From the IMG/VR virus record IMGVR_UViG_3300038527_000002: a stretch of 41,345 nt of DNA, one strand, 5' to 3'. Made by a program: the position numbers and the translations under genes. The notes under the pieces are model-generated. The model did no database searches and was not told the DNA's origin. It was given only the letters and a program-made list of their open reading frames with translations. Of this stretch, positions 21,845 to 31,284 are shown piece after piece. Within the stretch, counting starts at the first letter, position 1, and each line of letters begins with the position of its first letter. This stretch comes from a virus.

Positions 21845-22386
21845 AATTCTTCCTTTCTTTTGGAAAACAATTCCTTAAACTCTACTCTTTCGGTAGAATT
21901 TAGGGTTTTCCAAATGTCGATCAGTTCCTGTTCAGATTTGGCCAAATTTATAGCTAATTCTATTGTTTCAGCCGCCTTGCTCGGTGCTTTCTTTTCCGCT
22001 CTGGGGTTGCCGTGATCATTCGTTGCATCAGGGTCTTTCGTATCATCTATAAGGAACAGCCCATTAAGGGCATACTTCCTTGCGTACGAAGATGCTGATC
22101 CTGTGATTTGCGCAGCATCCATTCCCTTCTTTGTTTCTTCTTCCCGGGCAAAGGCGCAAACCTCTGTCGTATTGTCCCCGTCTAAGAATGTAGCTGTTGC
22201 TTTCACGTACACACGTCCACCTACTTCAACGATCGTGTCGGATATGGTCATCGTGCATTCGTGCTTTTTAAGAAGCGGTTTGACGGCTTCGAGAATATCC
22301 TCTGCGCTTCGGTAGTTGTAATTACCGAACGTGTTTCTTTGGTTTTTCGGTGCTTTAAGCTCCGACTGAATTAAATTAAGTTTCAT
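21841..22386 (-). CDS. erf: ERF-family single-strand annealing protein
   Basis: ..NTFGNYNYRSAEDILEAVKPLL... and ..GSASSYARKYALNGLFLIDD.. are typical ERF motifs. Confidence 0.7.
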   Translation of the reverse strand: MKLNLIQSELKAPKNQRNTFGNYNYRSAEDILEAVKPLLKKHECTMTISDTIVEVGGRVYVKATATFLDGDNTTEVCAFAREEETKKGMDAAQITGSASSYARKYALNGLFLIDDTKDPDATNDHGNPRAEKKAPSKAAETIELAINLAKSEQELIDIWKTLNSTERVEFKELFSKRKEEL

Positions 22387-22586
22387 AGTGTTCTAAATTT
22401 AAAAGATTCAATAATATTTTTTAGATTTTCATTTTCTTTCTCCAGAGCCTTTACTCTGTCCTCTGCCACCTTAATTCTTTCAATCAGGTAGGCTTTTTCT
22501 GCCGTAGGTGGTATGCTATCCGTTACCAGCTTGCAACAACGAAGATACCAATATTCGGCCAGATACTTATCTTGTAATTCTTTCAT
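22383..22586 (-). CDS. Hypothetical coiled-coil protein
   Basis: 67-aa ORF. Confidence 0.5.
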   Translation of the reverse strand: MKELQDKYLAEYWYLRCCKLVTDSIPPTAEKAYLIERIKVAEDRVKALEKENENLKNIIESFKFRTL

Positions 22587-22932
22587 CGCAGTACCAGTTT
22601 TTAAGTTCTAAAATATGTTCTTCTTTTTCTGTGTCCCAGACGCAGATATAATCCGATTCGCCGCAGTCAATACTTGCGGATGTCAGCGTGTACTCGTCGG
22701 GGTCATCTGGAGTAAGGTAGTCACCCCGCATACCCGTCTTTATATCGTAGCTACAGTGTGCGGTGGCTGATATTTGTAAAACCAGCTTCCCGTATTCTTT
22801 CTCTATCTCGACATCGACAGCTTCCTGTCCCCAGTTGCCAAATTCCTGAATTTCTTCAAGAATCAGCTCTGTGATTGTGTCCCACCATTGCTCAGAAATT
22901 TTTCCGCTGGTGGGGGTTACTTTCTTTTCCAT
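22567..22932 (-). CDS. Hypothetical acidic protein
   Basis: 121-aa ORF. Confidence 0.55.
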   Translation of the reverse strand: MEKKVTPTSGKISEQWWDTITELILEEIQEFGNWGQEAVDVEIEKEYGKLVLQISATAHCSYDIKTGMRGDYLTPDDPDEYTLTSASIDCGESDYICVWDTEKEEHILELKNWYCDERITR

Positions 22933-23066
22933 AATTTGAAGATTAAGATTAAAGTAAAAATATAGATTAGCCCGATCAGGTTAATGTACACCGTTTCGGG
23001 GTTTCCGTTCAGCACAAGGAGGGCGGGGGCAATAAGCCCGCACCTCCATAAAAATTTAGGTTTCAT
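22917..23066 (-). CDS. Small membrane protein (49 aa), below the ORF-track cutoff
   Basis: Hand translation MKPKFLWRCGLIAPALLVLNGNPETVYINLIGLIYIFTLILIFKLWKRK. Confidence 0.35.
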   Translation of the reverse strand: MKPKFLWRCGLIAPALLVLNGNPETVYINLIGLIYIFTLILIFKLWKRK

Positions 23067-23126
23067 GAGTATAAAAAGTTTTAAGCATTCATTTTACCTC
23101 CTCTTCGTAGTAAGTTTTAGTTAAAA

Positions 23127-23855
23127 TTAATATTTTACAGCCATTTCTCTGTTAATAAAAAAATGTATACCCGACGAACACTCGTTAAACCGATTTTCGT
23201 CAAAGTCAGAGACTTCTACAATTTCCCCCACTTTGTAGATGAAACTATCGTTGTCGCTCTGAACCTGTGTTATATCACTTCTTGAGCCGTCTGTTTCCTG
23301 AATTTCTAAAACCTTAGCTTTTGAACAGCGACATTTAAGTGTTGTCGCGCTCGATCTTTTAGCGTCTTCGCATACTTGCAATTTTACAATTTTTCCGCTT
23401 GCTTTTTTCCAAGCAATGAAACTTCCCTCAGACGGGCATTGTGTTAATAAAAAGGCAGTTGATTCATTAAAATCCACACGGTGCAAATACGCACCGCGCA
23501 AATTAGCACCGTGCAGATCCGCACCGCTTAAATTCGCCCCCTGCAGATCCGCACCCTGCAGATCCGCATAGCGCAAATTCGCACCCTGCAAATCCGCACC
23601 GCTTAAATTCGCTCCCTGCAAATACGCATAGCGCAAATTCGCACCGCGCAAATTAGCACCCTGCAGATCCGCACCGTGCAGATCCGCACCGTGCAGATCC
23701 GCACCCTGCAGATACGCATAGCGCAAATCCGCACCGTGCAGATTTGCGCCGCTCTTAATTGCCTCCAAAACAGAAGACCTTAACGTGTTGTTTTCTTTTT
23801 CAAAAGAAAACAAAACATCACCGTAGGCGTTTTTAATTTCAATGTTTGTTTTCAT
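23127..23855 (-). CDS. Pentapeptide-repeat protein with a C-terminal globular domain (candidate DNA mimic)
   Basis: About 20 consecutive A(D/N)LxG-type pentapeptides (GADLHGADLHGADLQGANLRGANLRYAYLQGANLSGADLQ...). The C-terminal ~110 aa end in ..CSSGIHFFINREMAVKY. Confidence 0.9.
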   Translation of the reverse strand: MKTNIEIKNAYGDVLFSFEKENNTLRSSVLEAIKSGANLHGADLRYAYLQGADLHGADLHGADLQGANLRGANLRYAYLQGANLSGADLQGANLRYADLQGADLQGANLSGADLHGANLRGAYLHRVDFNESTAFLLTQCPSEGSFIAWKKASGKIVKLQVCEDAKRSSATTLKCRCSKAKVLEIQETDGSRSDITQVQSDNDSFIYKVGEIVEVSDFDENRFNECSSGIHFFINREMAVKY

Positions 23856-23918
23856 AATTGTAAATTTTATAGGTTAAAAAATATATACCGAGTTCTTTTT
23901 TTAATTGTTCAATTGTCA

Positions 23919-24341
23919 TTAGTCCTCTATTTCAAATATATGAATATCATCATTCGAATAAACCAATTTTGCTTCTTGTGCATCGAAACAAACGCCTTCT
24001 CCAAAATAATCAGTTCTATTGTTTGCTTCCTCAATTGCCTGTTCAATGTTTTCTGCATCAAGTGCAATTCCGCTTATTCCATTAGCTGCATTAACATTGT
24101 CAACCAAAACCCAATAACCTTCGTACAATTCTCTTATGTCAGCATTTGCAATATCATCACCCCACAACTCAAAGCCTGAAATGCAAAATGGTTGGTCGTT
24201 CTCAATTGCTTCCTCTTTCCAAGTATCAATTTGCTCTTCGGTTGCGCTTAAACCTTCTTGTCCAAAATTCCAGCTTGACCACCCCCTTTTGATGTCTGAC
24301 TGAATGTTGTCAGACTTTCTTGCTACGTATTTTGTTTTCAT
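23919..24341 (-). CDS. Highly acidic early protein (first gene of the leftward arm); candidate anti-restriction/DNA-mimic
   Basis: 140 aa. By my count there are 31 D/E versus 10 K/R. It lies immediately downstream of the candidate leftward promoter. Confidence 0.6.
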   Translation of the reverse strand: MKTKYVARKSDNIQSDIKRGWSSWNFGQEGLSATEEQIDTWKEEAIENDQPFCISGFELWGDDIANADIRELYEGYWVLVDNVNAANGISGIALDAENIEQAIEEANNRTDYFGEGVCFDAQEAKLVYSNDDIHIFEIED

Positions 24342-24638
24342 AATTTTGGTTTTTAGTCGGTTCTTAACTGACTACAAATATACTACACATTTACATATTG
24401 TCAATAGTTTTATAGTTAAACAAGGTTAAATAAATCACGCTAAAACTATGCCACACAACATATTATCCGAACTTTTTACACAAGCAAACAAAGAAATCCA
24501 GCAAAACACTTGCAAAACACAACAACTGTGTATTAATTTAGCACGTTAAACCGATTTGGAAAGCTCAGGAATCGAAGATAACAGAACAAAGAGGGATAAA
24601 TACCAATTTTTGGCAATTTGCGCAAATAAACTACCACC
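24342..24638. promoter_or_regulatory. Divergent control region between the early (leftward) and late (rightward) arms
   Basis: 297 nt non-coding and AT-rich. The minus strand has a perfect Bacteroides-type -7 box TATATTTG (plus-strand 24375-24382) with TTGA 18 nt upstream. The plus strand has TAATTTAG at 24534-24541. Confidence 0.5.
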
Positions 24639-25112
24639 ATGCCAGCACCAAAAGGAAATAAGTTTGCAGTAGGGAACAAAGGAACTGAAAAAAAGTTCAC
24701 ACCTCAGCAATGGTCAGACATAATCGAAGAATATTTTAATTATTGCGACAATAATCCACTTTTCAAAAATGAAGCACTAAAGTCAGGGGACAGAGCAGGA
24801 GAAATTATAAGAATACCAACCGCAAGACCTTACCTGATTGAGGGGCTTTGTAATTACGCTAATATTCATCCACAAACTTTTTATAATTATTTGGAGAAAG
24901 AAGGTTACGAAGATTATTTCGAAATTACAGCACGCGCAAGGAATCGTATCTATCAGCAAAACATTGAGTTCGGCTATGTTGGTTCGTATGATTCTAACTT
25001 AGTAGCCCGCAAACTTGGTTTAGCGGATAAGAAAGAATTACGAGCTGAGCTGAAGGAACAGAAGATCAACCTTGAATATAACGGCACTCTGGTGAATTTG
25101 CGGGGTATTTAA
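24639..25112 (+). CDS. terS: Terminase small subunit
   Basis: N-terminus MPAPKGNKFAVGNKG.. and ..PYLIEGLCNYANIHPQTFYNY.. (HTH) are typical of small terminases. It lies directly upstream of the large terminase gene. Confidence 0.8.
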   Translation: MPAPKGNKFAVGNKGTEKKFTPQQWSDIIEEYFNYCDNNPLFKNEALKSGDRAGEIIRIPTARPYLIEGLCNYANIHPQTFYNYLEKEGYEDYFEITARARNRIYQQNIEFGYVGSYDSNLVARKLGLADKKELRAELKEQKINLEYNGTLVNLRGI

Positions 25113-25211
25113 CATTTCGTCGCTTCGGTAAAAGTGTTTCCCCGTGAAAATGGCTATTAAAGTTAAAAGAATTAAGAGTATTAACAGTTTCGGACAGTCT
25201 AAAATTAACAT

Positions 25212-26495
25212 ATGAACTTTGATCCGTCTCCGCTCTTTTGGACAATGTGCAAGCTTTACGAGCAGCATTTTGTTTTAGTTCCGAAATCGGAGCGGCAGCG
25301 GCTGACGATATGTAATGAGGGATCGACAAGGTCGGGGAAGACATGGGACTTCTTCCATTTCTTAGTTGCTATCTGCGATCAGAACAGGCAGAAGAATCTT
25401 GAGATATATATTTACCGAGACACGCTAACGAATTGTAGGGACTATACACTAAAGGAATTTCAGAAGTGCCTAAAGATGATCGGGGTTTATGATGATGATC
25501 TTTTAGTTGGTTACGGACAGAAACCAAATTATGATTTGTTTGGCAATCAGGTTTACTTTAGAGGGTTAGACTCGGGTATTGAAGCTCAGCCCTCAGACAT
25601 TTGTTTTTTTAACGAAAGTCTGGAGATGGATGAAGAACCGGTATCCAACGTCTTGATGCGCTGCCGGCAGATGGCTGTTTTTGACTGGAACCCTAAATAT
25701 ACCGCCCATTGGTGCTTTGATCTTGAGGGCAGGCCCAACACATTCTTCACCTTAACGACATATAAGAACAACAAGCACTTAGAGCAGACTATAATTAACG
25801 ACATTGAAAGCTGGTGCCCCTGGGAATTTGAAGACTTAGAAAAACCAGAGCCGGAACGCCGACCGAATCTGAAGAACATCCAATCAGGGACAGTAAACCG
25901 CTTCCGGTGGTTGGTATATGGTCAGGGTGTACGCTGCGCAATGGAGGGGCTTGTATTTCCGGATGTTACTTATATTCCGGAGCTTCCAAAAGACGTGGAA
26001 AAATACTGGTACGGGCTTGACTACGCCAACACGGTAGGAACATATGCCTTTTCTGAATGCTGCAACAAAGGTAGGAACCTTTATTTCGACTGCCCGATTT
26101 ATGTTAAGAACCTGAACAGCCTGGAGGACTTTTACACTATCTTCAAGAAGCATTACGAAACAAAGAAGAATGAGCGGCCCGGGCAATGGATAGTCATTTG
26201 CGATTCAGCAAAGCCTCAGAACAAAGTTGACCTCAATGGCTGGGCTTCGAGGGATGGGCTTAACGTCGTGTTCTTAGACTGTAAGAAGTTCGCAGGGTGC
26301 GTGACGTGGCGCATAGATTTAATAAAACGCTACTCTATACACTTAGTTAATCGTGAGCACATACGCAAAGAGCAGGAGAATTACTTCTATCAGAAAGTAA
26401 ACGGCATAGAATTGAACGAGCCGCTTAAAAATGGTTTTGATCACTTTTGGGATGCGGCAGGTATGAGTATTCAATATGAACAGGAATTAAGATGA
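25212..26495 (+). CDS. terL: Terminase large subunit
   Basis: Walker A (NEGSTRSGKTWD), Walker B-like (ICFFNESLEMDE) and a C-terminal nuclease region; 427 aa. Synteny agrees. Confidence 0.85.
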   Translation: MNFDPSPLFWTMCKLYEQHFVLVPKSERQRLTICNEGSTRSGKTWDFFHFLVAICDQNRQKNLEIYIYRDTLTNCRDYTLKEFQKCLKMIGVYDDDLLVGYGQKPNYDLFGNQVYFRGLDSGIEAQPSDICFFNESLEMDEEPVSNVLMRCRQMAVFDWNPKYTAHWCFDLEGRPNTFFTLTTYKNNKHLEQTIINDIESWCPWEFEDLEKPEPERRPNLKNIQSGTVNRFRWLVYGQGVRCAMEGLVFPDVTYIPELPKDVEKYWYGLDYANTVGTYAFSECCNKGRNLYFDCPIYVKNLNSLEDFYTIFKKHYETKKNERPGQWIVICDSAKPQNKVDLNGWASRDGLNVVFLDCKKFAGCVTWRIDLIKRYSIHLVNREHIRKEQENYFYQKVNGIELNEPLKNGFDHFWDAAGMSIQYEQELR

Positions 26496-27721
26496 GCATT
26501 ATAAGTAAGTTATTCAAGAAGAGCAGGATTATAGATGCTCAGACATACACAAGTCCCGTTTATGCGCTGTATTCAAACACAGCGAGATACATAACTGGAG
26601 ACGGTGTAAACTTTCAAACTAACTCGTACCGATACTGTCCGCCACTCCAGGGCGTGATACAGAAGCGAGCAAATGCTCTGACAAGGGGGGTGATACTCCC
26701 CGTTGATGAAAAAGATCAGGTTATCACGTCTTCGGCTTTTAACAAGGATATGAAGATACTCAGCCGTCCAAATCAGTTTCAGAACCTGACGCAATTTTTA
26801 GGGATGATCGAAACGATGATCTGCATCTATGGGGTAGCATACATCTATAAGATTAAACCTTTAGGATTCAAAGAGGCAAGCGGGTTTGTGGTTATTCCGA
26901 ATATGTGCATTACACCCTCTTACAAGACTTCTGTTAATATCTTAGATAATCAGAGCGGCATTGTGGATAGTTACACGTTGAACCTATACGGGATGTCTTT
27001 TGTTCTCAAGGATGAGGATGTAAACCTTATTACCGAGGTTAGGGATTCGACTGTAAATACAATGAATGCCTACCAACCAAAATCGAGGCTGGACGCTTTA
27101 GAATACCCGATCAAGAATATTGTTGCCTCACTTGAATCCCGTAACACAATCATTGTGCGCAGGGGGGCTGACGTGATAATAAGCCCGAAGAACGGGGACA
27201 CGGCCGCTATTATGTCCGTTATGACCCCCGCAGAGAAAAAGGCTTTGCAAGATGAGTATGCCCGCTATGGAACGTTAGGGGAGCAGTGGCACACGATGAT
27301 TGCCCGTGTTCCGATGGATGCGGTAAACATAGGTCGGTCTGTTCAGCAGTTGGGATTGTTCGATGGTGAGAATGCAGACCATAGAGCTATTGCTTCGGCT
27401 TTTGGCGTTCCTGTGCCTTTGCTCTCGATGCCCGACACGGCTAAGTACTCGACCTATGGAGAGGCAAAAAAAGAGCTATACGAAGACACGATCATACCTG
27501 AATCGCAAGTTATAAGCGAGATGTTAGACGGGCTTTTTAATACCTCAACGAAAGGGTATAAGTTTTACTTCGATTACTCGATGTTGGAATGTATGCAGAA
27601 GTCTGAGAAAGACAAAGCCGATGCCTTAGGGGCGATGGTTAAGGCGTTGAATGAGGCAGTAAGTGCTAACCTTATGGGCCTTGATGAGGCGAAGAAGTTA
27701 TTAACCGATTACACAAATTAA
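26492..27721 (+). CDS. Portal protein
   Basis: 409 aa, ATGA-coupled to terL, in the HK97-type order terL-portal-protease-capsid. Confidence 0.75.
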   Translation: MSIISKLFKKSRIIDAQTYTSPVYALYSNTARYITGDGVNFQTNSYRYCPPLQGVIQKRANALTRGVILPVDEKDQVITSSAFNKDMKILSRPNQFQNLTQFLGMIETMICIYGVAYIYKIKPLGFKEASGFVVIPNMCITPSYKTSVNILDNQSGIVDSYTLNLYGMSFVLKDEDVNLITEVRDSTVNTMNAYQPKSRLDALEYPIKNIVASLESRNTIIVRRGADVIISPKNGDTAAIMSVMTPAEKKALQDEYARYGTLGEQWHTMIARVPMDAVNIGRSVQQLGLFDGENADHRAIASAFGVPVPLLSMPDTAKYSTYGEAKKELYEDTIIPESQVISEMLDGLFNTSTKGYKFYFDYSMLECMQKSEKDKADALGAMVKALNEAVSANLMGLDEAKKLLTDYTN

Positions 27722-27790
27722 AATGGATAAGGAAAAATTGGCCGAGGCCATAAAGATAAAAGAATCCCTCAAGGGTAAAATGGTAAAGAA

Positions 27791-28588
27791 ATGAATATAC
27801 TCGAACTCAGCAGAGAAGACAGGTTTGAATACCTAAAGAAGAACTCTAAGGCGTTGATAACGCTAAAGAAAGCATCCATAAAGACAGCCGATTGTGTTGT
27901 TTCTAACCCGATGCTAATAAAGAGCGAGGGGGCAGACAAAGCCGCAGGCGAAGAGGGGGCGTATGAGATAGCCGCCAATACTTGTATGTATATCGACGAT
28001 CAGATGGATGCCCTTGCACCCGGGGCTGCCACGAAGTCTATCAATGAAAACCTGAAACGTGGAACGATCTATTTCCTAAAGAACCACGCACGAACAACGG
28101 ACAGCATCATAGGTAGGTTAAAGGATGCATACTATAAGCAGTTTCCATTGTCTTCGTTGGGGTATGACGCAGAGGGTATGGCTGACGTGCTGACTATTGT
28201 AGGAGAGCCTGACGAGGAACTGGACGCGAAGACTTACGGCCTGTACAAAAAGGGTTTTGTCAAGCAACATTCGATCGGGCTTCAGTATGTGAAGATAGAC
28301 CTTGCCGTTGATGATCCGACGAATGCACAAGGTTATAAGACGTGGCAAGCGCACTATGACGAGATAATAAATAAAGATGTTGCCGACAGGTATGGGTTTT
28401 TCTTTTACGTTTCGGAGTTCAAGCTCTACGAGCTATCTGCCGTACTTTGGGGAAGCAATGATCTTACAGGAATAATCGAGCCGGGTAAAACCACTCATGA
28501 GGATAGCCGCAAAAGCACTATCGACAAAAGCGAATTTCAAACAATTTTTAGTAATCAATTAAAACAACTATGGACAAAGACGAATTAA
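27791..28588 (+). CDS. Prohead maturation protease (HK97/S78-like)
   Basis: ..KQHSIGLQY.. and ..LYELSAVLWGSND.. resemble S78 catalytic-region motifs. It lies between the portal and capsid genes. Confidence 0.65.
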   Translation: MNILELSREDRFEYLKKNSKALITLKKASIKTADCVVSNPMLIKSEGADKAAGEEGAYEIAANTCMYIDDQMDALAPGAATKSINENLKRGTIYFLKNHARTTDSIIGRLKDAYYKQFPLSSLGYDAEGMADVLTIVGEPDEELDAKTYGLYKKGFVKQHSIGLQYVKIDLAVDDPTNAQGYKTWQAHYDEIINKDVADRYGFFFYVSEFKLYELSAVLWGSNDLTGIIEPGKTTHEDSRKSTIDKSEFQTIFSNQLKQLWTKTN

Positions 28589-29811
28589 AAAACGTTATCA
28601 GTGAGCAGTTGGATAGCTTTAAAAAGAGCCTTCCGAACTTCATTGATGAAAAGTCCCTTGATACTGCATTCGGTAATTTCCGCTGCGAGATTGAGGGCAA
28701 ATTTGGCGATGCAGTAGAGAAAGGAATCAAAGACCTTTCCGAGGCTGTGAAGAAACAGGGCGAGGTACTCAGCTCGATGAAAAACCAGAGCACAGGAAAG
28801 AGTAAATCTTTCGACGACTTGCTGAAAGATAAATCCAGTGAGTTTGAGGCTATGGTTAAAGCCGAGGGTGAGGGAAAGATAAGAATCAACACTTCGTTGA
28901 AGACCGTTCAATCCTCTAATGTGGGTAGTGATACTAACGCTTTCCGTGATCAGAATGTTGGTCAGATTCAAAGGGGTATGCCCTATATGCGGGATTTGTT
29001 TCCTAAAGTCTTCTTATCGGGTGGAACTCACGGTGATGTCAAATGGTACGAACAATTGGCCGTAACGAACAACGCTGGTAATGTTGCCGAGGTAAGAAAA
29101 GCACCCACCGAATCCAACCTGACCTGGGTAGAGAAAACGCTGAACAGCCGTAGGATTATGGACTGGTGCAAAATTTCTGTTGATTCATTGAAAGATATCG
29201 CCTTTGTAAGGGGTGAGATCACCGCTTTGATTAACAAGAATATGAAGATCAAAGAAAACTCACAGCTGCTTTCAGGTCTTGGCACAGGTAATGAAATCGC
29301 AGGTATCAATACCTACGCTACTGATTTTGTTACCACAGGAGTAAGCGTAAAGGATGCTCAGTTGGTTGACCTCATCAATCAGGCAGGAGTTCAGATAGCC
29401 GTTGATATGTTGGGTGGTGCGCTGCCGAATTACTGGGTGGCCAATCCTGCCGACGTACAGAAGTATATCCGCTCCAGAAAAGATGCTAATAACAGGTATC
29501 TGTTTGAATCTTGGGCTTTGGGTGCTAATCCTACTATTGGAAATATGCAGGCCGTAGAAAATGCCCTTGCACCTTCCGATACTCTCTTGGTTGGTGACTT
29601 CAACCGTGCCACTCTCTACATTTGGGATGACCTTGTAATAGAGATTGCTCAGATTGAAGACGACAAAAAAACTGGTCTTACGACCATCATCGCCTACTTG
29701 AGAGAAAACCTTAGAGTAAATGATGTGGACAAGAAAGCCTTTGTTAAGGTTGCTTCTATCGCCACCGCTCTTGCTGCCATTACTGAATCTGTTTTAGCCG
29801 GAGGTGAATAA
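28570..29811 (+). CDS. Major capsid protein (HK97 fold) with N-terminal delta/scaffold-like coiled coil
   Basis: 413 aa with a charged helical N-terminal ~100 aa, then a capsid-like body. Synteny agrees. Confidence 0.8.
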   Translation: MDKDELKNVISEQLDSFKKSLPNFIDEKSLDTAFGNFRCEIEGKFGDAVEKGIKDLSEAVKKQGEVLSSMKNQSTGKSKSFDDLLKDKSSEFEAMVKAEGEGKIRINTSLKTVQSSNVGSDTNAFRDQNVGQIQRGMPYMRDLFPKVFLSGGTHGDVKWYEQLAVTNNAGNVAEVRKAPTESNLTWVEKTLNSRRIMDWCKISVDSLKDIAFVRGEITALINKNMKIKENSQLLSGLGTGNEIAGINTYATDFVTTGVSVKDAQLVDLINQAGVQIAVDMLGGALPNYWVANPADVQKYIRSRKDANNRYLFESWALGANPTIGNMQAVENALAPSDTLLVGDFNRATLYIWDDLVIEIAQIEDDKKTGLTTIIAYLRENLRVNDVDKKAFVKVASIATALAAITESVLAGGE

Positions 29812-30215
29812 TGAAAAAGTTAATAGTATTCTTAGTAATTTGCGCTGTTAGCTTAGCTATGAGTGCGCAGAAGAGTTTGGGCAATGCCTATGGAGCTTCT
29901 TTAAGTGCTTCTTTGGATAGTGCCGATGTTGAGAACTTTGAAATATTTGTCAACAAAGCCGAGATGTTGTATTACAATATCGCAGTTATTGGTGACAGTG
30001 TTTCCTCTCCAAGGGTTACGTTCCTGTTACAAGGTAAGGACTTCGATCATCAGAGTTATACTAATATCGACACCGTTACTTGGGCTGGAACTGCCGATAC
30101 AAGTTTTGTTTTTTCACAGGAAGTCACAAAGCAGGCGTATAGGTACTATAATGTAAAAGCTACCGTTGCCGATGGTGAATGTGGTGTGACCACAAAATTC
30201 CAATTCTTAAAATGA
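29811..30215 (+). CDS. Small protein with N-terminal signal-peptide-like segment, embedded in the head module
   Basis: MKKLIVFLVICAVSLAMSAQ.. (hydrophobic core plus AxA-like site); 134 aa. Confidence 0.55.
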   Translation: MKKLIVFLVICAVSLAMSAQKSLGNAYGASLSASLDSADVENFEIFVNKAEMLYYNIAVIGDSVSSPRVTFLLQGKDFDHQSYTNIDTVTWAGTADTSFVFSQEVTKQAYRYYNVKATVADGECGVTTKFQFLK

Positions 30216-30721
30216 TCGACAATACATACTTCGTTGGGATATTAGATGTTCCTAACCAGACGACAGAGGTTGGGGGTGTTACTGACACGTCGAACCTCAC
30301 CGCTCTGAACAGGGCGATAGCAATCTATCAGGCTGAGTTTATGCGCTTATTGGTTGGTGATCTTTATGCCGATTTCTTAAAGAATGAAGACGGCAAATGG
30401 GATGACCTTATCGTGAGGCTTGTAGATTCTGATTTGAAGATATCCCCGATAGCGAATTATGTGTTTTTCAAATATTATCCGCAGCTCACCACTCCCAACA
30501 CGGGCGTGGGGGTTGCGTATAATAAAGTCGAGAATCAAGGTATCGACAATCGGAGGAGATTGACAGAGGTATGGAACGATATGATTCTTTTTTTAGAGCG
30601 TTACGATGGTGTATTGGATTATCTTTATGATCACCGTAGCGACTTAGAAACCGATCTATTGCTTCCTGATTATTTGTTCTTCCCTTATAAGGATTCACCT
30701 TTTGCGATGATAGGATTATGA
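30212..30721 (+). CDS. Head-tail connector/adaptor (by position)
   Basis: ATG at 30212 (MIDNTYFVG..) overlaps the upstream stop (ATGA). Assigned by synteny only. Confidence 0.45.
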   Translation: MIDNTYFVGILDVPNQTTEVGGVTDTSNLTALNRAIAIYQAEFMRLLVGDLYADFLKNEDGKWDDLIVRLVDSDLKISPIANYVFFKYYPQLTTPNTGVGVAYNKVENQGIDNRRRLTEVWNDMILFLERYDGVLDYLYDHRSDLETDLLLPDYLFFPYKDSPFAMIGL

Positions 30722-31284
30722 TACAAGACCGCGTTAAAGAACCTGTTCAATATGCAGAGAGAAAGTATAAGCAGCTTTTCTGCCTTGCTTCGGATGAGTA
30801 TAAACTCTTATCCACCGATGACGATAAGAACCTTAGCCTTCCTTTCGAACAGAACACTTTCACGCTGAAGTATAAATATTCCACCCCTCAGGAATGGATA
30901 GACGAGCTATGTTCCGTCTCTCAGAGTCAGGCGCAGAAACGTTATCCATTCCTTTATGTCAACTCTATGCGGATAGATAGAAAGGATGATATTGTTGAAT
31001 TTGGGGAGATCGTTATTGCCACACTCTCTAAGCCGAACTGGAAGACAACGCAAAGAGATGAGTACAGCTTCCGCCCTGTTCTTAACTTACTGTATGACCT
31101 TTTTATTGACGGGTGTAAGGTGAGCAGGGAGTTTTCGCTGATTAGTCAAGGTTCGAGGAAAGACCATTATTTTTATGGTCGGCAAGGGTTGTACGGTGGT
31201 GAGGCGAATAAGTTCTCCGATTATGTGGATGCGATAGAAATAAACAATTTAAAAATCAGATTATACAAAAAATGCTATGATTAG
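30718..31284 (+). CDS. Head-tail joining / tail completion protein (by position)
   Basis: 188 aa, ATGA overlap. Assigned by synteny only. Confidence 0.4.
   Translation: MIQDRVKEPVQYAERKYKQLFCLASDEYKLLSTDDDKNLSLPFEQNTFTLKYKYSTPQEWIDELCSVSQSQAQKRYPFLYVNSMRIDRKDDIVEFGEIVIATLSKPNWKTTQRDEYSFRPVLNLLYDLFIDGCKVSREFSLISQGSRKDHYFYGRQGLYGGEANKFSDYVDAIEINNLKIRLYKKCYD

Noticed and set aside
23470-23760. Highly periodic 15-nt DNA repeats (gcaccgtgcagatcc-like) that could be mistaken for a CRISPR array or satellite
   Set aside because: There are no unique spacers, and the period equals five codons of a continuous ORF. They are the coding repeats of the pentapeptide-repeat protein.
25150-25215. 21-codon ORF (MAIKVKRIKSINSFGQSKINI) ATGA-coupled to terL, and a similar 23-codon ORF at 27724-27795 before the protease gene
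   Set aside because: They are too short and compositionally unremarkable to support as genes from sequence alone. The ATGA junctions are noted but not called.
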